A DNA stretch of 64,000 nucleotides from Phoronis australis (lineage: Eukaryota > Animalia > Phoronida): assembly GCA_002633005.1 (NCBI GenBank), contig NMRA01000247.1, positions 193,401-257,400 of the forward strand, in the 5' to 3' direction. The stretch's first letter is position 1; every line of letters starts with the position of its first letter. Below are positions 14,001 to 26,507 of the stretch, piece after piece. A program made the translations under genes and the position numbers. The notes under the pieces are model-generated. The model had not been told where the DNA came from. It saw nothing but the letters and a program-made list of their open reading frames with translations, and searched no databases.

Positions 14001-17000
14001 CATACTCCGGGTAGCTGTTGATGAGATATGTAATCTGTGTTCCATATTTCTGAGAGATCTCTTGAAGGACAGCTTAAAATTAAAAAAATTGCTGCGACAG
14101 TGTCATCTGGTATGCGATTTTGACCAAATTAATAGGCCTCAAGACTTTGTTTTTTCATGTTAATACGACTTCAACGTGTATAATGCAAACAAAAAACATA
14201 AAACAACGAATGAAATTTTATTCAGTGATTTTGAATTTGCAGTCAATATGAAGCAGCAGAGAGATCAGTATTAATAAAATTCACAGATCTCTATAATTAG
14301 CCAAAACTTGCATTTGCTGTCCGTTCAACTTGTCTGTGATACATCTGCACCAAACAATTTGAGGTGAATACAAAATGATTCAATTGTTGTCATCAATTTC
14401 TACTATTAGATTACAGAAAAAATTGTCCCTAAATAACCAGCATTATTAAGATCATCTAATTTTTTGCCCTGAAAAAACGAATGACGTATTCTGCCTTAAG
14501 CATTTGTCAAAGAGCTTTTTTCATTTTCTGTAAGATGGGTGAGCTTCCTCTGCACACTGCAGCCAAGGACGGTCTTCATCAGGTGGTAAAGGAGATCTGC
14601 CATCGATCGCCACTGATCAACCACACAAACAAAAATGGCTGCACGCCGCTACATCTGGCTTCTGTGTTGGGACACAATGAGATCGTGCGCTGTCTGCTGG
14701 CATCTGGTGCTGACCCAGCTGTCAAAAACCAGGTGAGCATGCTGCCAACATTTACACCATCTCCATCGTGCAAACAAAGCGTGGGATGCAGTTTGTTTGT
14801 TTAGTATCTGGTAAGATTACATGGATTGCTTGGTTATGGAATCATCTTAAAAGTAGTCAACTTAAATTTATGTTATTACTCACCAACATTGTCCATACCC
14901 ATAGTACTCATATTGGAATTGAGTTTAGTCATGAGTCCAATGTTTATAGCATTGTGGTGGTTGTGCAACGACATTTGATTGGCTAGACTTTTCTTAAGAT
15001 TGGCGCACATCCCTTACGTGTGATTTGCCGTTTTGTTGATGATCCTTTGCTGTACACCACAGCGTCGGCGAGCAGTTCAACTTACCATATGCCAACACTG
15101 GGGCAACTATATCATTGTGTGGTATTGAGAAATAGGCAAGTACTAGAAACTTTTGCCTGTAGCCTGTATATTGCAATGTATTTATATAAAAATTGACCAT
15201 GAATTAACTGATAGAAGATAATTATTATACAGTGTGCTTGATTTCAGGAAGGATCAACTGCAGAATTATTAGCCGTTAGCCTAGGCCATGCAGAAACTGC
15301 TGAAATATTGTCCAAAGTGAGAAACCAAGTATGTTCATTTTCACTGTATATTTTAGTTGTCTTTGTATGTGTTAGTTGTTACTGGTTATAATGAAGTTCT
15401 TCTCATTGGTGATGTGTATTTTGGACCATGACAGTCAGGTGTTAGTAGCAATATCTAGTCAACCAGGCTACAGTTCTGGTCATGGCCTCCACCATGCACT
15501 GATTTGCATGGAGCTCTCCCTAATTTCTTTTTCCCTCTCAGTCATTGTTTGTATGGACGTCTAAGTCTGGTGTCTTCTGTGATTCTCTCTGTCAGTAGTT
15601 TAAGAAGTTTTTTTTTGCAAAAACCTGCAAAACCTTTGACCATGCAGTTGCGAAGGGGATATCACCTCATACAATAAAATTCGAAAAAATATCTGTGGGA
15701 TTCCTGAACCACCTCCAAACCTGTGTTTTTGGATGGGGGAAATGAGGCTCTGTTTCGCAAAGTTGGTTCACTTTAAACAACTCCTCAGTGAAAATAGTAA
15801 GTAGCAAACTGATTAATAGTCAAACATATGACCATGTTTCACAATTAGATGGACGAAACAGTTGCTATCATTAGATGTGTGGAGAAATGAGTTATCATTC
15901 TGTACCGTCTAATTAAATTTGCCCCTTGTAACAGACCTGAAAGCTAAACAAGAGGTCTCCTGTGTCCTTGGGTAAGATTCAGATGTACTCCTGGTAGCCT
16001 CCCTGGTACCCTCCCGCACTGGGAATATGTTCTCCCAGCTTATGTAACTGGGAATTCTCTAAGGCGTGCGGATACGTGAACATCATAGAGAAATGATGTG
16101 CGATAGCCTAAAAGCCGTACGATCATTATGCAAATTTTATAAAAATGAGACAAATATTTCTCATTTAATTCAAATTGTAAAATGAAGTTAATAATTTCAA
16201 TGTCTGAAAACCTGGCGTGCATAAAAGTTACATCCGAGAGACAACATTTACTACATTGATGTCGCTCATTTATTTCCTACAAAATGAGCTTATAATATCA
16301 ATATTTAGGTCGAATTTCCCATTTGTTGACATGGAACTGAGTGACCACTGGCACCTAGCATTAGAAGCCGTTCTGATGTAAATGGAGCTTATGGTGATTC
16401 TTAACTTAATATGCTAATTATTGTTTTCAGACATTATCGCGTTTTGCAGATTTTCTCAAAAATGCCTCTCAAGTTTTATCCCTAACGTTTGTTTGTGTAT
16501 GTTAATTTAGTATTCATCATAGCCTTCCCAGCGCTTTAATGGGTCTCTGAGAAGAACTTTTTTATTAACCTTTTCTGTAGTTAAAGTTCATGTTAGTTAA
16601 GCAGCTGTGGTCAGTTTATGTTCACAATCACACTAATAATTATCTAGTACCGTATATGTATAGATATTTGGCTATCATCAGCTTTAGGGAAGTTAGTCGT
16701 GTTCACACTAAGAGTTACCTGTAAAGCAACTTGCTCTGCATCAACTTGACCAACTTTCCTCATTTAGTTGAGTAGCTGCACTGCACTACACACCCTTCGC
16801 CTTGCACTAAATGTGTTGCAAAAAGGAATGGACTCCCCTTAAGTTTGCATCCACACTGGGACTTGCATCGAAGCAAGTTGCCCTAGAGCAAATTATCCTG
16901 GTTCTTGGCAATAGTTGGATACAACGAGCTCACAATCTGAGAACCAGATTGATGCCTGTTATTCAGTCAAGAAAAACTGGTTCTCAAAATGCGGGCACAA

Positions 17001-20000
17001 TATATCCAACTATCACCCTGCCTCTCTATTAGGGAGGGTAAATTGTCGCACATGTGTCAATTTGCCCCAGTGCAGCATGCACTCCACTACCAAACCTAAT
17101 GACAACTCATTCTATGAGTATCTTGTTCTATAATAACTGGTAGTGTAGACGGCACTGGAGGGTGCGGTTTGTTTTTCGTGTTCCTCAGTCTTTAAAATGT
17201 CTAAAATTTGATTGCATTGCGTGTTTGACATCGCTCAAAACTTGAGAGAAAGCAAAGAAAATATTTGTTGAGTTGCTGATTTTTTTTATAATAATATGCT
17301 TTGAAGTGGCCCCGGAGTAACGTGCCTTATGTCAGTGCAACATGCACACTACACAACCTTGTGCCAAAGTATAACGTTAACAGGATAAGACACCCATATG
17401 TTTGTAACAGAGGAAGTGTGCAACTGTATGTCTGCAGGTTTGCATCCACACTAATAAGTTGCCATACCTCTACACTACTACTAAACCAAGGGAGACAACT
17501 CGTTTCAGCTGTAACTTGCTCTAGGGTAACTCAATGTGTGGACGGCACTTTTAATTAGTTACAAAGCATGCAATGTTTATGAAGGAAAATAATAAATCGG
17601 TTTACAACCTCTGTGCGTTTATGTGAAATTTGACCATTTGCTTAAGTTTGTACATCTCTGCTATTTATTATAAGTTTGCATGTTGTCGTTGTCTAATTGT
17701 AGGAAAAGCATGACTTATATACTAGTCAGTTAAGGCCAGGGCAGCAGTGCCTTAATCGCATTAAGTTCAAGCTATTTGGTGACAGTGCCGTTGGAAAATC
17801 GACACTGGTTGAATCCCTTAAGACAGGCATCTTTAGTAGTTTGTTTCGGCGACGGGCATCTAGCGTGGGAAAGTCGTCAACCAATAACAATGAGGGTAGG
17901 TATTTTCTGCAATGTCGAATATTACAGAGATTACGAACTGAATACTGTAAGTTGTTTTAACTGTTGTATTCAGTTGATTGAATTATGTGCGCATGTGATT
18001 ACCAAATAGTTGAGAGTTTATGACCATAGAAAAGCGCAAATGTAGCATGTAGCCAATATATCCTCTAAACCAATTGTCTGTATTTGCATGCGTGCTGCAT
18101 GGCGTATTATACCGTACCCACACTCTAATTAGTCGAATATGACTTTGTAAACAATTGTCGTATATGACTAATGGGAGTGTGTATACGTATTAGATGTTTC
18201 TACACTACTTAAAAACTAAAAAGTCATAACTGGTCATTTTGAGATCAGGTGTGTCTGATTTTGCTTTGATTTTTATTCAACAAGCAGCAAGTTACTCCAA
18301 TAATTTGTATAAATGATAACTGAAAAATGGTGCTGATAATTACGCAGAAAAAATGTTATTTGTTAATTACGACAAAGATTTCATGTTTTTCAGTATTTGT
18401 TGCTGTTGGTTGACATGTTCACCTGATACTTTCAGTTTCCAGTGAACTTTTTGCAGAGCAGGTGGCCATTTTTGTCAATGTTATTTACCCAACACATTTC
18501 TAGAGGGTCGACTCTGTCATTATTGATTAAATCCCAACTTTGTTGGAATTTGTATACCTTATTGTTTGCTATATTCTAGTGAAGACCAGTGCCAGCCAAC
18601 GTTGCACCCCTCAGCCACGCCATGCTGCCTATACTCAAGGCATCCATGTTGAACAGATTACTCTCAGTGGTATGTACTGATGCTGTGTTGCAGCCTCAAC
18701 TAGTTTGGTGGTATGGGACCAGTCGATTTAACTGATCAGCTCTAGTTGGACAATACAGTGATGGCTTCTTACATTTTTTAACAAGCTGGCATATTTCCAC
18801 TAACTGAAGTTGTGTTAATTTGTGACGTGCAGATTGCAACTCACAGTGTTAGCGCATTTTCTCAAAACTTAATTTGATTGTTGATGTATGTTATGACTCA
18901 TTCAGTACGAGTATATTATGCAGAAAATTATGAGATATATTGTCCTTTCATCTCAACCAAGTTCAGTAACGACTCACAATTTTCTGTATAAACTTAGTTT
19001 GATTGTTGATGTTTCTGTTTACACAATAACACAGGTGTGATGTGTAAGCTTTGTAGGTTTTCCAGTAGACCAACCCATTGAATTAGACTGCATTCAAAAT
19101 TGAAATCTGATAAAACATAAATTCCAGGACACTGAACCAAAAGCTTTTTCAAAATCTACCAATACCAACAGAATCTTTTGATATTTTCTAATATTGTTTG
19201 ATTTTCATTAAGGTGCTATATAGTGTGATATATTGTTTTGTTTCAACTCTGTTCATGTTGGCAGGAGGCGGAGACTTTAGCGTGTGGGAGTTCTCTGGCT
19301 ACTCACCATACCAGATCGTATATGATCACTTCATCGGTGATGTCAACTGTATCCATGCTGTACTCTACAATCTTGAGGATTCACCTGAGAAACGTATGCA
19401 GACCGTTATGTATTGGCTCAACTTTATCCGTGCACGTGTCCCTCCACACGAACCATTAGGTGAGTTCACTCATTGGTTTATTTTGCATCACAACCTTTCT
19501 CCAATTTTGTGGTATTTATGGTCATCTCTGACTGTGTTATTACATAAAGTTCTTCAGTAGCTGTGAGTTGATATAGCTGTCAGTCATGTCTAAGGCCCTT
19601 CTTTGGCATTTTAATGCGTCTTGGGATCATAGGTATATTTCCGAGTCTTCACTGACTATGCCTACAGCAGGCCTTCTGAGAGTCTTTTGTACTAAGGCTT
19701 GGACTTTTCTTCGAAAATGCGGATTTCTGGTTTTTTCTCTTATTCTCTCTTCGTATTTTTGTTATATTTCCGCGGAAAAAAATCGGATTTGCCATAAAAT
19801 TATTGCGGCAAATTGGATTCTCACTGCGGCGTTGCAGACGACTCGAAAAGCGGAAACTGTTTTGGAGGAACGAAAATTGTAATTGCCGGGGCACCTGGGA
19901 TCACTGGCGCTCAAATTTCCCGATGACTCATAATCATATGTGAGAAACATGTTTTCATAGTAGTGAGTGACGTCAGTGGCTATTGAGGAACACATAAATT

Positions 20001-23000
20001 CAACCACCTGTGCCTGGGATAGCGTGGTTCATCAATGGCGTCTGCACGTGGTATAAAATCGCGGTGACAAATAGCGCGATNTCTGCGGTCAAAAATGCAT
20101 GTAGTGTGGAGTAGACAGAATATTTCATGGAAAAAGTGAATAAAAGAAATCGTCACTGTGTTCACAAATAACAAAAGTCAAGGTTTGCGCTCTGTAAACT
20201 TTGACAGAGAACAATTACGCCATGCGTGGCCTAGTCGTCTTGGAGTCGGAGGACTGACTGAAAATGATGAAGCACTAGAAATAACTATGCTTTCTGAAAG
20301 GAAATTCAACCGTAACTGGCAATTCGTTGGATTGGAATCGTGGGATGTGAGTGATGTAAGAAATCCTTTTTTTTGATCCCACGTGCAAGCCAGTTGGTGT
20401 TGGCTGCTAGTAATGCTAGGCCTGACCGCCTGCGATTTTCTACGTGCCTCCAAAACGGGATACAAAGTGTTATTTTCATTACTGCAAATGTGTTTTAAAT
20501 TGCCGTTGATGTATTCCAATTTATTTTGACATTTTTCGTGTTCTATTTTGTGACTCGAGTTTTGCAATTCAAGAGAGAAGTGATCACGTGACAGATTCTA
20601 AATGATCTGATTGGTCTAAGCCATTGTTTACATATTCTGCCAGCCTGTTTTCAGTGTCTTATTTTGTAGTTATTTCTTATGTCACATAGTTTCTTCTACA
20701 CCAGCGTGGCTTATGCACTATTAACTCCTGTAATTACTGTTTGAAACTGAAAAGTTTGGCCAACTTAGGATCATGATTGGTGCATTCTATAGTTCAAAGT
20801 ATGTTGTTTTTGACTTTCATTTTTCCATGCTAGCAGTTGGGGTATGAGCCACAGATTTTCTTCTTGACTTTTTTCCATTTGCGTTGGAATTAAATATTTT
20901 TGTTGGAATTAAATGTGTATGTATTCAGGCTTTCCAGATAATCTGGGGATCTATTTTTAAATTCTTTTTGTAATTTTATATTGTAATTATAAGAACTGAA
21001 AATAATTTTATAGGTCTCCCTGCAGCAAATCAAGAATAAGCCCCTGCCACTCACATTTGCAAATTTTGCATCATTATCTTTATCATTTTAATTCTAAAAA
21101 ATATCTTTTGTTGCATCTACTTGCCTTCATTGTTGTTGCTGAAATAGATGTCAGGTACTGCTTAAGATGAGTGCATTTTGCCAACACGACACAGTTACAG
21201 GAAATCTTGTGATAACAATGTTTACTTGCGATCTGTTGAAGTATGGTTCAGATTGAAATGTGTATTTTGGGCCGTAAAAATTTCCTCTTTTTTGTCATGG
21301 GTCATTCTAAGCCCTGTTGTACCTTACTGTGGATGATGATATCAAGGAAAAGGACTTTGTTCCATTTGTCATCACATACACTCCATCACTCCATGTACTC
21401 AACTAAGCTCTGCTTAATTAACGTCATGTACTTTGGAATATCACTTGGCAACATTTCCAGTACTCCTACTAGGATTGTGTTTACTAGACAGTCACCAAAT
21501 ATTGGATCTTGACTAGTCTCTTAATGGAGAACCTAAGACAATTAGTAAAACTCAGTATCTAGTGTGCATAACCATCTCCGGTGATATTGTTTAACCATGG
21601 CAGGCAAACATGAATGAGAGTTAACATACATGTGACAGCAGTGGGGTTGTGTTCCTTATTACCTCTATGCTTTGTCCTGACACCTGGTATTTTGGGAGGC
21701 CTCTGAGGAATGGACGCAGTCAGGCTATCTGCACTCGCAACTTTGTGGTCCCCATTGGGAGTCATTTCAACTCTTCCAACTATAGACTTGCAAATTTCAG
21801 AATTTGGGTGGTTGCTGGGGGTGCGAGGTCAGACACATTTTTGATTTTTAACATTCATATATCCAGCTTAACATAGACGTATAGGCTATATGATTCATTA
21901 CCTTACATCTTCTCAGCAGTGTGGCGTTTTCCCTTTAGGTGTCTCACTGATAGTTTCTGCAATGGGTAATATACTGGTGCCTATGTAGTTGGGTTACATA
22001 TTAACAGCCATGTTATCTAATCTGACTTGTTCATCATTTGTGTTTTACACACCACTGTGGAAGGGCTGGAGTGCCCGAAAAGTATGGTGTCTTAAAGTAT
22101 TTTGATACCATTGTACCAGGGTATCATCTGTGGGTGTTTTTACTATTATTTTTTTTTTTGGTGCAAAAACCTCTGCCTTGCGTCGTATTAAATTTTCTCT
22201 TCATAGTACTTCCAAACTTGTTTTTCCTTGGTAGTTAGACAATTTCAACACTATTACAGGTCACTGTGGCCTTATCCCTAATCGACCCTTTGTCCTGCTC
22301 ATCGCTACCCATGCTGACAGAGCAGCTTGTCCCAAGAACAGTGCTGGCGAGTTCGTAAGTGCAGAGAGCACGAGTATGCTGAAAGAACTACGCGAAGCAT
22401 TCCACGAAGACATGAACATCTGTGAGCGGCTATTTGTGATGGATGCACAGAACACCAGCTCGGCAGATGTGAAGGCATTGAAAGCAAGGTTGCAGCAAAC
22501 CAAGGCTGATATTGTGAAGGTAGGAAATACCAGCCGTGGTATGATTCATACTGATTATATAGTTAGAGATCATATTTCAGAGTTGATATTATGGACAGAT
22601 GCCAAGGGTGATATCAGATCATATTGTTCGGTCCTCATTGTTTTTATTACACGACACTCTGACGCGTCTTTCCTCTGATTTTTCGTCTCTTATTAGATTT
22701 TAGCTTTATGGTGTACGATTTCAATGTCTTGCAGAATGAAATGCACAAATCTCATACAGTACAATCTTTAATAATAATAATAATTATTATTAATTTTTGC
22801 GTCAAACTTAGTACCGAAATAATTATGCTCATCATTTGTTCCATTTCACCAAATAATTTCTACTTTTCATGACTTGTCAAACATCACCTCCATTTTCAGA
22901 AGACTGTCCTTTTTTGTTTCTGCCATATTTACATGCAGCTTTCCTTTATTACAATGTTCGTCTAGTTCCACAATTAGTTTTTGCATAGTAGCAGCAGTTT

Positions 23001-26000
23001 CAGCAACTAGAACTAAGTCATATGCAATCAACAGCCGATATTTACACAATAGCTGTGTAAATCATTCACAAACACAGAGGTGAGGAAAAGAGACTATTGA
23101 CACCCTTGCCATACACGTCGTTCCCCCCTCATGCACTGAAAGTGATTTGTTAATTATGTAATCGTTCTCGTTCAGCCAACAGGTGTCACCAAAGAGAAAT
23201 TCAATTCAATACACAAGCCCAGGGTTTTGAGTTGGACACATGTAGCATGTGCACAGTAGCATGGTAGAGAACAACTAGATAGAGTTAACCATGTGCACAG
23301 TAGCATGGTAGAGAAATACTAGGTAGAGTTAACGAGACAATTTTTACGTTGCAACAATAAAATACAGATATTTCATAAGTAAATGGTGAAAACAGCGCTT
23401 GATAATACATTTATGCGACCGGTGTGTGAATGCTTGAGGGTTGCTTGGGCACGTAAACTTTCACACAATTCCTGTAGTTAGCTTTCCACAGCTCTCGACT
23501 TCCATGGTCAGCTGGTGTCAAGGTGAATGGTAATAGTAATAACTTGACTTTACCAGATACGTTTAAGATATCCTATCATACGCTGAGTAACATTTTAACT
23601 CAGGCACCAAAGATGTGACTGCGATGCGAGAGTTTCAGGTTCAATTTCACAGTGCGGCTGATTTCAGATAAAAGATTTCTATACCCAACTTTAAATAGTC
23701 CCGATATTAGTCATCTTATTTACAGAATCCCTATCTGTTCACCACTTTGCCTCAAAATCCAACAATGCATAAGAAGCAAGATTTTACACTTTGATACATT
23801 CTGTTGAGAATTTTATACCATAGATTCCAAAACTTCACGTTTTGTACTTTAGTTTACAGACCAACAGATGTTAATATAATGTGAGCTAAGTGAACCCCCA
23901 AAACAGTAACGAGAATCATTGTTTTGTAAAATTTCCAAAAATTAGCAATCCTGTGGCAGAGTTGGTGGCTGCTTGAATTTTGTGTCAAAATTCAACACAT
24001 AAACAACCTTAAATATTGGCGCCTGCTTCTATGCAAAAATCTGTTGTCGTAGGATCTTCCAGTAACTAATGGCCTGCTGGATGCCGTCCTAAACCAAATG
24101 TCTGCTTGGCGCAAATCTCTCTCCTCCTTCCCCGTGTTGTCATGGCGACAGTTCTGCAACCAGGTGAGGTCACATGTCAACCCCCTGGTGAGTGATGAAC
24201 AACTGAAGGATCTGGTCTACTGGCTGCAGTTGGCTGGAGAGGTGAGAATGATAATGATTATCATGGAGGATAAGTAGGCTCTTTGAAAACGAAAGTGTCC
24301 TTCCAGATTTCTTCATTCTGATCCCAGCTGTGACGTTAGATGTCTCATGTGCATGGTTTAAGCAAATGAAAAACACTTTTAGCTGTAGGATAGCACTGTT
24401 GTCTGACTTAAATAACAGTTATTTAGACAATATTGTATCGAACCACAAACCACTATAATTTCGTTTATTCTCAGTGACCAGATAGAGGCAGAACTCCAGT
24501 AAATAGCAAGGCACAAAAGCGTCGTATTTTGAGGAAAGTTGGATGTTGCCGAGTTCATTCTGTATAACTGCCTGTTTTTCTACTTCTCCTTCAAAACACT
24601 CTTTATTTTATTAGGGGCAAAAAAGGTTTTTGATTTTCCGTTAAGCTTTTTCTAAAAATGAGGACTTGCGAACTTTTCATGGACTGTTCTCGCATTATTT
24701 TTTACAGCAATGATCTTGGACTATAGGGTTGACAGTAAACACATGGTTTTGTAGCTTTTAGAATGAGGACTTAGAATTTGCTTAGCCATTCAAAAATGTT
24801 CACGTCATCCTTACATCTGAACCCCAGTAAAGTCTAAAGCCTTTTACTTGAGTAACTGATGGTTTCGAAGAGCTTGCTCATAACACAAAGTATTAATAAC
24901 AGGGAAAAGCAACTTTAATTTTTTTCATGTTTAGAGTAAATAATTTTGTGTTTAGAAATGAGTTTTTAATTTTATGTAAATCTAATTGTTGCTATAATGG
25001 TTTCCAGGTTATCTACTTGGAGTATTCAACTGAACAAGATATGATGGTACTGAACCCTTTTTGGTTGTGCTGTGAGATTCTTGGCCATCTGTTGTCACAT
25101 GATCACATTATGCAGTCGCGTCTCAGCGGTTGCTTTACTGTGGACGATCTCCAGCTGTTCTTCCCAGACACTGATGATGCCATTTGCCGCATTCTTGAAG
25201 CCCTTGACATCTGCACTCAAGTGGAACATGATGGAGAAATTGAGTACGAATTCCCCACACTCAACATGGTAGAAGCTGTCAAAGGATTGTGGGAGAAGGA
25301 CGTGAGGCTGGGAACACATCCTCTCTATGGAGGCATTCAGCTGAGGCTGCAGGAAAATATGGCCCCCCTGTTGGAACCGTTGTTTCCACGGCTACAGACT
25401 CAGTTCCGTCGCAGTGTTATCTTGCATGATAACGGAGAGACACGAACAGAGCTCTACCAGTGGCATAATGCCTCCAGCATAGTCTATGGGTCGTTACAGG
25501 GTTACGTTAGTTTCACAGATTCTGGTATTGAGGTCAAAGTTCGCGGGCCAGAAGATGATGGAAGTAATCTTTATTTCTTTCTCGATGATTTGACGTGTCT
25601 TATTGAGCAGACGTTACAAGACACATTGCCTGGTGTGCCATTGCTCAGGTATTTAATGTGCTCGCATGATTTGTCACAACATCGAGAGGAAGTGACAGTG
25701 TATTCCCCCCGCACACTGTTTGCAGAAATGTTTGGAGGTGAAGGCAGTCCTGAGAATACAGAAAAAAACGTCAGGAACAACATACTGAATTCAATTTCAT
25801 TTCGTTCTAAGGAGATTGCAAATGCGCTTATTCCATGCACAAGCCTACCAGTCACTCAGCTGTCATTACACGCACGACGCCTACTCTGTTGTTACCTTGA
25901 TGCCTCTGACCCTATGGGCCGTGACTGGTGCATGCTGGCAGTACAGTTAAAGATGTTTGAGTTCATCCCGAAACATGATGGCATTCGTCGACCTTCAGAG

Positions 26001-26177
26001 AGCAAGACTGGCCAACTCCTTGAGGAACTGGGTAATGATCCTGCCAACACGATTGGTCTACTTGTCGATAAAATCCAAGTACTTGGAAGAAAGGATGTGA
26101 TGGAATGTCTTCCAGATGTACTGCCATTTTGTAAGGTTTTCTCGGACGACAACGAGGAAATTGGTATTAGTGGATAA
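7912..26177 (+). CDS. DAPK1: Death-associated protein kinase 1 orthologue, spliced CDS (ankyrin-ROC-COR-death domain part; 5' kinase exons not in view)
   Basis: 15 GT-AG exons in consistent phase, 3090 nt, about 1029 aa. EQEEDNFLMQALLHAA resembles the DAPK1 pre-ankyrin segment. Ankyrin TALHxAA repeats, ROC P-loop RIKFKLFGDSAVGKSTLVESL, GDFSVWEFSG, LIATHAD, COR VLNPFWLC, and death domain LDASDPMGRDWCMLA are present. Confidence 0.93.
8489..8587 (+). CDS. DAPK1: DAPK1 ankyrin exon
   Basis: SGSTILHMAAGCGHVDVIRVLEEKGVNLNATDK, 99 nt, phase 0-0. Confidence 0.9.
9350..9448 (+). CDS. DAPK1: DAPK1 ankyrin exon
   Basis: HGDSALYWAARQGQVSVIRHMKGKGVSLDMQNK, 99 nt. Confidence 0.9.
10991..11089 (+). CDS. 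DAPK1: DAPK1 ankyrin exon
   Basis: SGEAAIHIAARYGHNHVVKELTDEGVNANIQDQ, 99 nt. Confidence 0.9.
11832..11930 (+). CDS. DAPK1: DAPK1 ankyrin exon
   Basis: HGETALHSAAWSGYPAICTLLCDIKCNVDLTNK, 99 nt. Confidence 0.9.
13128..13226 (+). CDS. DAPK1: DAPK1 ankyrin exon
   Basis: DKETALHCASARGNSDCVQILVKAGANLNLQDK, 99 nt. Confidence 0.9.
13808..13906 (+). CDS. DAPK1: DAPK1 ankyrin exon
   Basis: QGCTALHLACHRHHTSIAVQLLNSGCDINISDE, 99 nt. Confidence 0.9.
14535..14732 (+). CDS. DAPK1: DAPK1 double-ankyrin exon
   Basis: MGELPLHTAAKDG...NGCTPLHLASVLGHNEIVRCLLASGADPAVKNQ, 198 nt; uses an AAG acceptor. Confidence 0.88.
15248..15328 (+). CDS. DAPK1: DAPK1 exon (end of ankyrin region)
   Basis: EGSTAELLAVSLGHAETAEILSKVRNQ|GTATGT, 81 nt. 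Confidence 0.85.
16695..17549. mobile_element. Probable PIF/Harbinger-like non-autonomous TIR element
   Basis: Degenerate TIRs: left AGTCGTGTTCACACTAAGAGTTACC, right reverse-complement AGTGCCGTCCACACATTGAGTTACC. Internal repeats GTTTGCATCCACACT (x2) and AACTTGCTCT-type motifs. Confidence 0.45.
17703..17895 (+). CDS. DAPK1: DAPK1 ROC P-loop exon
   Basis: EKHDLYTSQLRPGQQCLNRIKFKLFGDSAVGKSTLVESLKTGIFSSLFRRR..., 193 nt, phase 0-1. Confidence 0.9.
18580..18669 (+). CDS. DAPK1: DAPK1 ROC exon (switch I, YTQGI)
   Basis: KTSASQRCTPQPRHAAYTQGIHVEQITLS, 90 nt, phase 1-1. Confidence 0.82.
19265..19459 (+). CDS. DAPK1: DAPK1 ROC exon
   Basis: GGDFSVWEFSGYSPYQIVYDHFIG...YWLNFIRARVPPHEPL, 195 nt. Confidence 0.92.
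   Translation, partial: EAETLACGSSLATHHTRSYMITSSVMSTVSMLYSTILRIHLRNVCRPLCIGSTLSVHVSLHTNH
22260..22519 (+). CDS. DAPK1: DAPK1 ROC exon
   Basis: HCGLIPNRPFVLLIATHADR...LFVMDAQNTSSADVKALK...IVK, 260 nt, phase 1-0. Confidence 0.9.
22870..23125 (-). mobile_element. Decayed non-LTR retrotransposon (LINE) reverse-transcriptase fragment
   Basis: Minus strand gives WQGCQ*S...VFVNDL (compare RQGCxLSPxLFxxxINDL), then LLIAYDLVLVAETAATMQKLIVELDEHCNKGKLHVNMAETK (compare LLFADDLVL...LxVNxxKTK). Stops and a frameshift present. Confidence 0.75.
23246..23333. repeat. 44-bp tandem duplication
   Basis: CATGTGCACAGTAGCATGGTAGAGAA(CA/AT)ACTAG(A/G)TAGAGTTAAC x2. Confidence 0.85.
24053..24241 (+). CDS. DAPK1: DAPK1 COR exon
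   Basis: DLPVTNGLLDAVLNQMSAWRKSLSSFPVLSWRQF...VNPLV...WLQLAGE, 189 nt. Confidence 0.9.
25008..26177 (+). CDS. DAPK1: DAPK1 terminal exon (COR + death domain)
   Basis: TTTCCAG|VIYLE... to TAA; within ORF 24927-26177; death domain LSLHARRLLCCYLDASDPMGRDWCMLAVQL. Confidence 0.93.
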   Translation, partial: VIYLEYSTEQDMMVLNPFWLCCEILGHLLSHDHIMQSRLSGCFTVDDLQLFFPDTDDAICRILEALDICTQVEHDGEIEYEFPTLNMVEAVKGLWEKDVRLGTHPLYGGIQLRLQENMAPLLEPLFPRLQTQFRRSVILHDNGETRTELYQWHNASSIVYGSLQGYVSFTDSGIEVKVRGPEDDGSNLYFFLDDLTCLIEQTLQDTLPGVPLLRYLMCSHDLSQHREEVTVYSPRTLFAEMFGGEGSPENTEKNVRNNILNSISFRSKEIANALIPCTSLPVTQLSLHARRLLCCYLDASDPMGRDWCMLAVQLKMFEFIPKHDGIRRPSESKTGQLLEELGNDPANTIGLLVDKIQVLGRKDVMECLPDVLPFCKVFSDDNEEIGISG

Positions 26178-26507
26178 CATGTTCTCAAATACAATGTCTT
26201 GTCTTTCATGCTAAGAAGCATTTTTAATATCTTATCTTGCACCAAGTGTAGATCAGATTAGGAAATGGGAATTGTTTGTCCAGACATGTGACTGCATGAC
26301 TGTTCTCACAATTTTTTTACAAAAGAGCTTTCATTTCAGCTGTTGTATTTAAATTTGTATTGAAGCCTGACACACTCTCCTGTGCATTATGAAGAAGCCT
26401 TTAGAAAATCGACCCTCGATATCATGAACACTGACCTAAGTCTCTTTTTGTGGAGGAGAACAATTAATGAGGATTTCAAGGCAATAAAAGCAAGGGAGAA
26501 ATGCCTT

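Noticed and set aside
15955-15980. TGTGTCCTTGGGTAAGA resembling a CORE-SINE motif
   Set aside because: Only ~17 nt of similarity and no Pol III A/B boxes nearby.
23595-23660. tRNA-like segment (AACTCAG...GACTGCGATGCGAGAG...GGTTCAATT)
   Set aside because: Cannot fold into a cloverleaf; at most a decayed SINE head, so not called as tRNA.
26178-26261. Open frame continuing ~27 codons past the DAPK1 stop (readthrough?)
   Set aside because: Stop is TAA, a poor readthrough codon; the extension length is unremarkable and shows no motif.
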